DNA of 62,980 bases, the filler included, from Catajapyx aquilonaris (lineage: Eukaryota), in NCBI GenBank assembly GCA_000934665.2. It is 4 parts of 4 records of this genome, joined end to end, with 100 filler letters (N's around TTAATTAATTAA, not from the genome) between each part and the next. Parts side by side here need not be neighbours in the genome. Positions count along the whole stretch, not along the records: positions 47,377 to 62,980 come from JYFJ02007438.1; 3 more parts are not named here. One strand, written 5' to 3'. A program made the translations under genes and the position numbers. The notes below the pieces were generated by a model that was given only the letters and a program-made list of their open reading frames with translations, was not told the DNA's origin and did no database searches. Numbering within the stretch: the stretch's first letter is position 1; every line of letters begins with the position of its first letter. Shown piece by piece: positions 59,022-62,980 of the stretch.

Positions 59022-60831
59022 TTAACCTAGAGAGAATTACAAAAGTGCATAAACAAATCCACTATATTTATGTTCAAGTTAGATCTTTTCCAAAAACTGC
59101 AGTAAATGCAATAAAAATGGCATCTGCAACTTGCATTTTCCCATATCCCCAGAATGTCCAAGTTTTTTTTAACCATCCTTATTTTGTGCAGTAAAAAAAT
59201 CATGTACAACTTCATGCATTTTTATGCTCATTATTTTTGTGGGGTTTTTAAAGCACCATGGCAATATCAGTTGTTCTGCATCGAGTCAAATGCTCTTGTA
59301 GTAAACTTGCAAGGTTCATGGTGAGCAAAATCATTCCACAAAATCACATTAAATTTTTTTCATTATAGGAATGATGCCTGTAATGTGAATGTAACTCGCT
59401 ACGCTTATCTCATACTTTGCACTCTTCTTACATTTAAAAAATTGCCATGCTTTTTTGGTTTTACATAACATGCCAAGGAGATGATCCTAAACTCTGAAGT
59501 ATTACTTCCACTATCACTACAGAAGACTAACAATTTAAAACACCATTATCTCAGCAGAATCTTGTTAGATATGGCTAACAGTGCAACCTGTTAAGTTTGG
59601 CTCTTTATGTCACAGCTTTTGCAGGTGTTACCAAACTTATAAAGGTATTCACTGCTCTGCATTACATTGCAATACCAGTGTGAACTACACAGAGTTAAAT
59701 CAATTTACATGGTGCACCAGCCTTAGCATACATAGCAACACCTAATCCTTGCATGTGAATAATAAGGATTAATAACAAAAAAAAAAAAAAGAAGGAATGT
59801 TTTCACAACAGTGCAAAATGCAAACCACATGCGCAACACAAGGTTAGCTATAACAATGAGGTGTACCAGAGAACAAAACCATCTGGAAATATTGGTCATA
59901 AAACTTCAACAAAACTGGAAATAAAGGGGGAGAAATGTAAACTCCACAATATGTGCTGCATTCTAATGCATGTGGGAAATCATCCCCTACCGAGTCAGCG
60001 TCATCATATATGGTACACCAGACCATCTTCCTCCCTGTAACTGGATTTTGTGGTGACCACCCTTTTGGAAAGACTCTGAGTTCCGAGCCTGGAACTGCAG
60101 GAAAGCTCCAAGTGGAAAGTACCCTCAACAATCGGGTTAACCCTAAACTCAACACCTTCATTCACAAAACACTTAAAACTGCTACAGGAGGTTACACCCA
60201 GCACCTTTCGCCATGTTTTGTAACCGTGCCAAAATGGCACATGCTGGGTCTGAGATTTGGGGTGAGACTCAACCAAAATAGACTGATGCCGTTGGTTACG
60301 TTACAGAAAATTACTTAACCAACCTGTATAAATACCATGCCATGTAACTCATGGAAGAGCATTATTTCTTTGATGAAGAATGAGGAAAAAAGGCAGTTTG
60401 ATCTCTAGTGGATGAATAAATTCTCTCCCTTCCTTAAGCATGGCAAGTGCTTGTATCATATTCCAAGATTTCCATAGAGTTACACATGAGCATGTCTCAC
60501 TCTATGTAAACCACAAGCCAGAATTCAAGCCCGGTAAAATATGTTACCAACTCAGCCACACTTACACCAAGGTCATAGGAAATGAGCATTGAGGCAAAAT
60601 AGTCACGCTACATTTAGGACCAGTTGCATGAAAGCTAATGCAAGAAAAATCACAGGTCTTCCCAATGAAAAACCAGGGCTGTGAACCGAAGCGAACCCTT
60701 GCTCGGTGAACCCGATAACATCGGAGCCACTGCGGAGCAGTAGAGCTGGGTCCGGAGCAAGAGTTGGAGCTTGATTCGGGTTCGAGCCGGTTTGGAGGGA
60801 GAGTGGAGCCAAGGTCGGAGCGGGTCAGGAG

Positions 60832-61537
60832 TTTGGTTCGGGTCAACGCCTCTGGAGTTGAACCCGGTTCCGGAGGGAGGTTTGGAGAGGTTCGGAGCTT
60901 GGATGTCTAACATACCAACGCAACGTGGGGAAAGGCAGAAAAACCGCTGGATTTACTCCAGCGTATGCGGTGGCAAAATGACATTTCCAAGCACCTGCGA
61001 TACAGGGTGTATTGCAAATGTCACATTTTCATGTCATATGCATTTTTGTATGTCACAATATGTCCTACCCATTTTTTGGATGTCACATTTTCCAGTCATA
61101 CGCATTTGTTGTAAGTCACATTTTTGTCATACGGATTTTTGTATGTTACAATATGTCATACCCATTTTTTGGATGTCACATTTTCATGTCATACCAAGAG
61201 CTAATGGTCATACGCATTTGTTGTATGTCACATGTTATATCATATGCATTTTTTGTATGTTACAATATGATATTGTAACATACAAAAATGCATATGACAT
61301 GAAAATGTGACATCTAAAAAATGTGTATGACATTGTAATGTACAAAAATTTGACATTTGCGGTACACCCTGTATCGCGGGTGCTTGGAAATGTCATTCTG
61401 CCACCACGAAAACATGACACATACGCTGGAGTAAATCCAGCAGTTTTTCTGCCCCCCCCCNNNNNNNCCCCCCCCCCCCCCCCCAAACCTCCCTCCGGAA
61501 CCGGGTTCAACTCTGGAGGCGTTGACCCGAACCTAAA
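60832..61537. mobile_element. Foldback element with internal TGTCAYA repeat array
   Basis: Inverted arms at about 60832-61030 and 61345-61537; the core is built from many TGTCACA/TGTCATA/TGTTACA motifs with a higher-order unit of about 93 bp. Confidence 0.75.
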
Positions 61538-62980
61538 GCCAGACCAAGCTTAAAGAAAAGTCACAGCCCATTCAGCTAAAAATGCCATTTTTCGGATGTC
61601 CATTTAAATGGGCATTTGGTCTCAGGAAGAAAATAAAATTACCAGTTCTCTACAGCAACAAAGATTGTCCCAGACACATCTTTTCGTATTTCCTAATACA
61701 CATTCCTTGCGAATCCCAGGACATTCACTGCATTGCGAAAATCAGCCTCTAAATATGAGTAAAAAAATAAAACTCATCAGATGAGCCCTTAGCTTCAGCA
61801 ACGGCATCCGCCATTTTTATCCGTGATGTAATTTTCACGGCCCAAGTCAGATATTCAACGCTAGGTGGCTACACCTATTGGGGCCAGATTGTAACCATGG
61901 GATACCAACATATTACAGTTCTGTTGACATCACTAGTTGGCGCCAAAAAATTTATTTGCTGATGTCGACATATGTCGACACCAGGTCTCAAGAGGATATC
62001 CTGCGAGTCACAAAAATTGAAACTACAGCCGGGTTCACTTATCGGCAATTCCAGGTGGCCTCTGAGTAATGTACCATTTTTGGACCACTTGTGTCTAGTA
62101 ATTTCTGGAATTGCTGAGGCCTTGAAGATAAAGGGTGAGAAGAGGGGGAACTCGAAAATTGGCTTTCGGGACGGGCCAAGAAGATGTGACTCATGTGACT
62201 CGTAGGTGCCTTTTAGTTCACGGTTCAGTCCAGTAATGTCGGGGAAGAGGAAGGGGGTTAACACGGGTTCAACATATTGCCCGAGTCCGGGCTGATATGG
62301 TCCAATGGAGCAGGCAAAATTATGATTTTGCACCATATTGAGGTAAGGGGCATACTTTTTGCTCTCCCCATTTTCCTCTCTTTCTCGCGAGCAAAAAAAA
62401 TGAGTAACGTCCTTGATCTAGTTATAGCGGAAACCTGTCCATAACGGAACATTTTTGGGGTCCCGTGCAATTCCGCTATACACAGGTTCTTCTGCTGCTA
62501 AAGAGCTGGCAGTAGTCATGTGTGCTTCAGGAGAGTCCCAGCTAATGATACAAGTTCAAACCTGCTCAATATTGCTTCAGATTTTTAAGATCCAGGTGTT
62601 TGAATTTTACCGCAGGAAATAATGGCTGCACCTCCATGGCAACAATCCTCGATTGTTTTTGATCGTAACTAAATTACAACCCCTTCTTTGCACGGCCTGT
62701 TTCCGTGGTAATTCAATCGGCAACAATCAATCATTGGTGATATTATGAAACTATGGATATTGCTGAATGTCACTGTTGACATGCTAATGTAATCAACAAC
62801 TATTATAGCCGTACTAGGTCATATTTTCCTAGCATCCCATAATTATAGGGAACGGCCATTTTCTCGCAAACAAGCATTCAGAAAAATTTTTATCTCGATT
62901 TTTGTGTTTTGGGAACTAATATGAACTAATAGAAACAAAAAAAGTTCAAAAATTCAACAAAAACCTTTCCTGGCATATAT

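Noticed and set aside
59844..60318. Overlapping 90-121 aa ORFs upstream of Pyk
   Set aside because: No recognisable motifs or supported splice structure in any frame.
61015..61360. CRISPR-like periodic repeats
   Set aside because: Eukaryotic context, degenerate heptamers without unique spacers, no cas genes.
61875..62336. 153-aa minus-strand ORF
   Set aside because: No motif; adjoins pogo-like MITE terminal sequence and is probably spurious.

Overview
Eukaryotic, arthropod-like genomic DNA (short GT-AG introns, an ecdysteroid-pathway P450, tRNA-derived SINEs). The window is four similar-sized pieces (about 15.6-15.8 kb) joined by artificial 100-bp linkers (44 N + TTAATTAATTAA + 44 N), so adjacency across linkers is probably not biological. 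Piece 1 (1-15669): first coding exon and upstream region of a CYP18A1-like P450 (-), a complete 4-exon TIM22 gene (+), an orphan exon, and a CCAAT-rich promoter. Piece 2 (15770-31418): a transposon graveyard (Gypsy 3' half with an extra ORF, Sola-like, THAP/P-element interrupted by a solo LTR, MULE/NOF-like, Kolobok-type SWIM protein, two LINE fragments, orphan ORFs). Every recognisable coding fragment in it is on the + strand, the pattern expected of a uni-strand (flamenco-like) piRNA cluster; this is the strongest lead and is inference only. Piece 3 (31519-47276): five internal exons of MAD1 (+) with introns full of nested MITEs and SINEs, including a 1.45-kb foldback. Piece 4 (47377-62980): an 8-exon pyruvate kinase CDS (-), V-domain SINEs and several MITEs. 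All family calls come from motif recognition by eye; no database searches were run.
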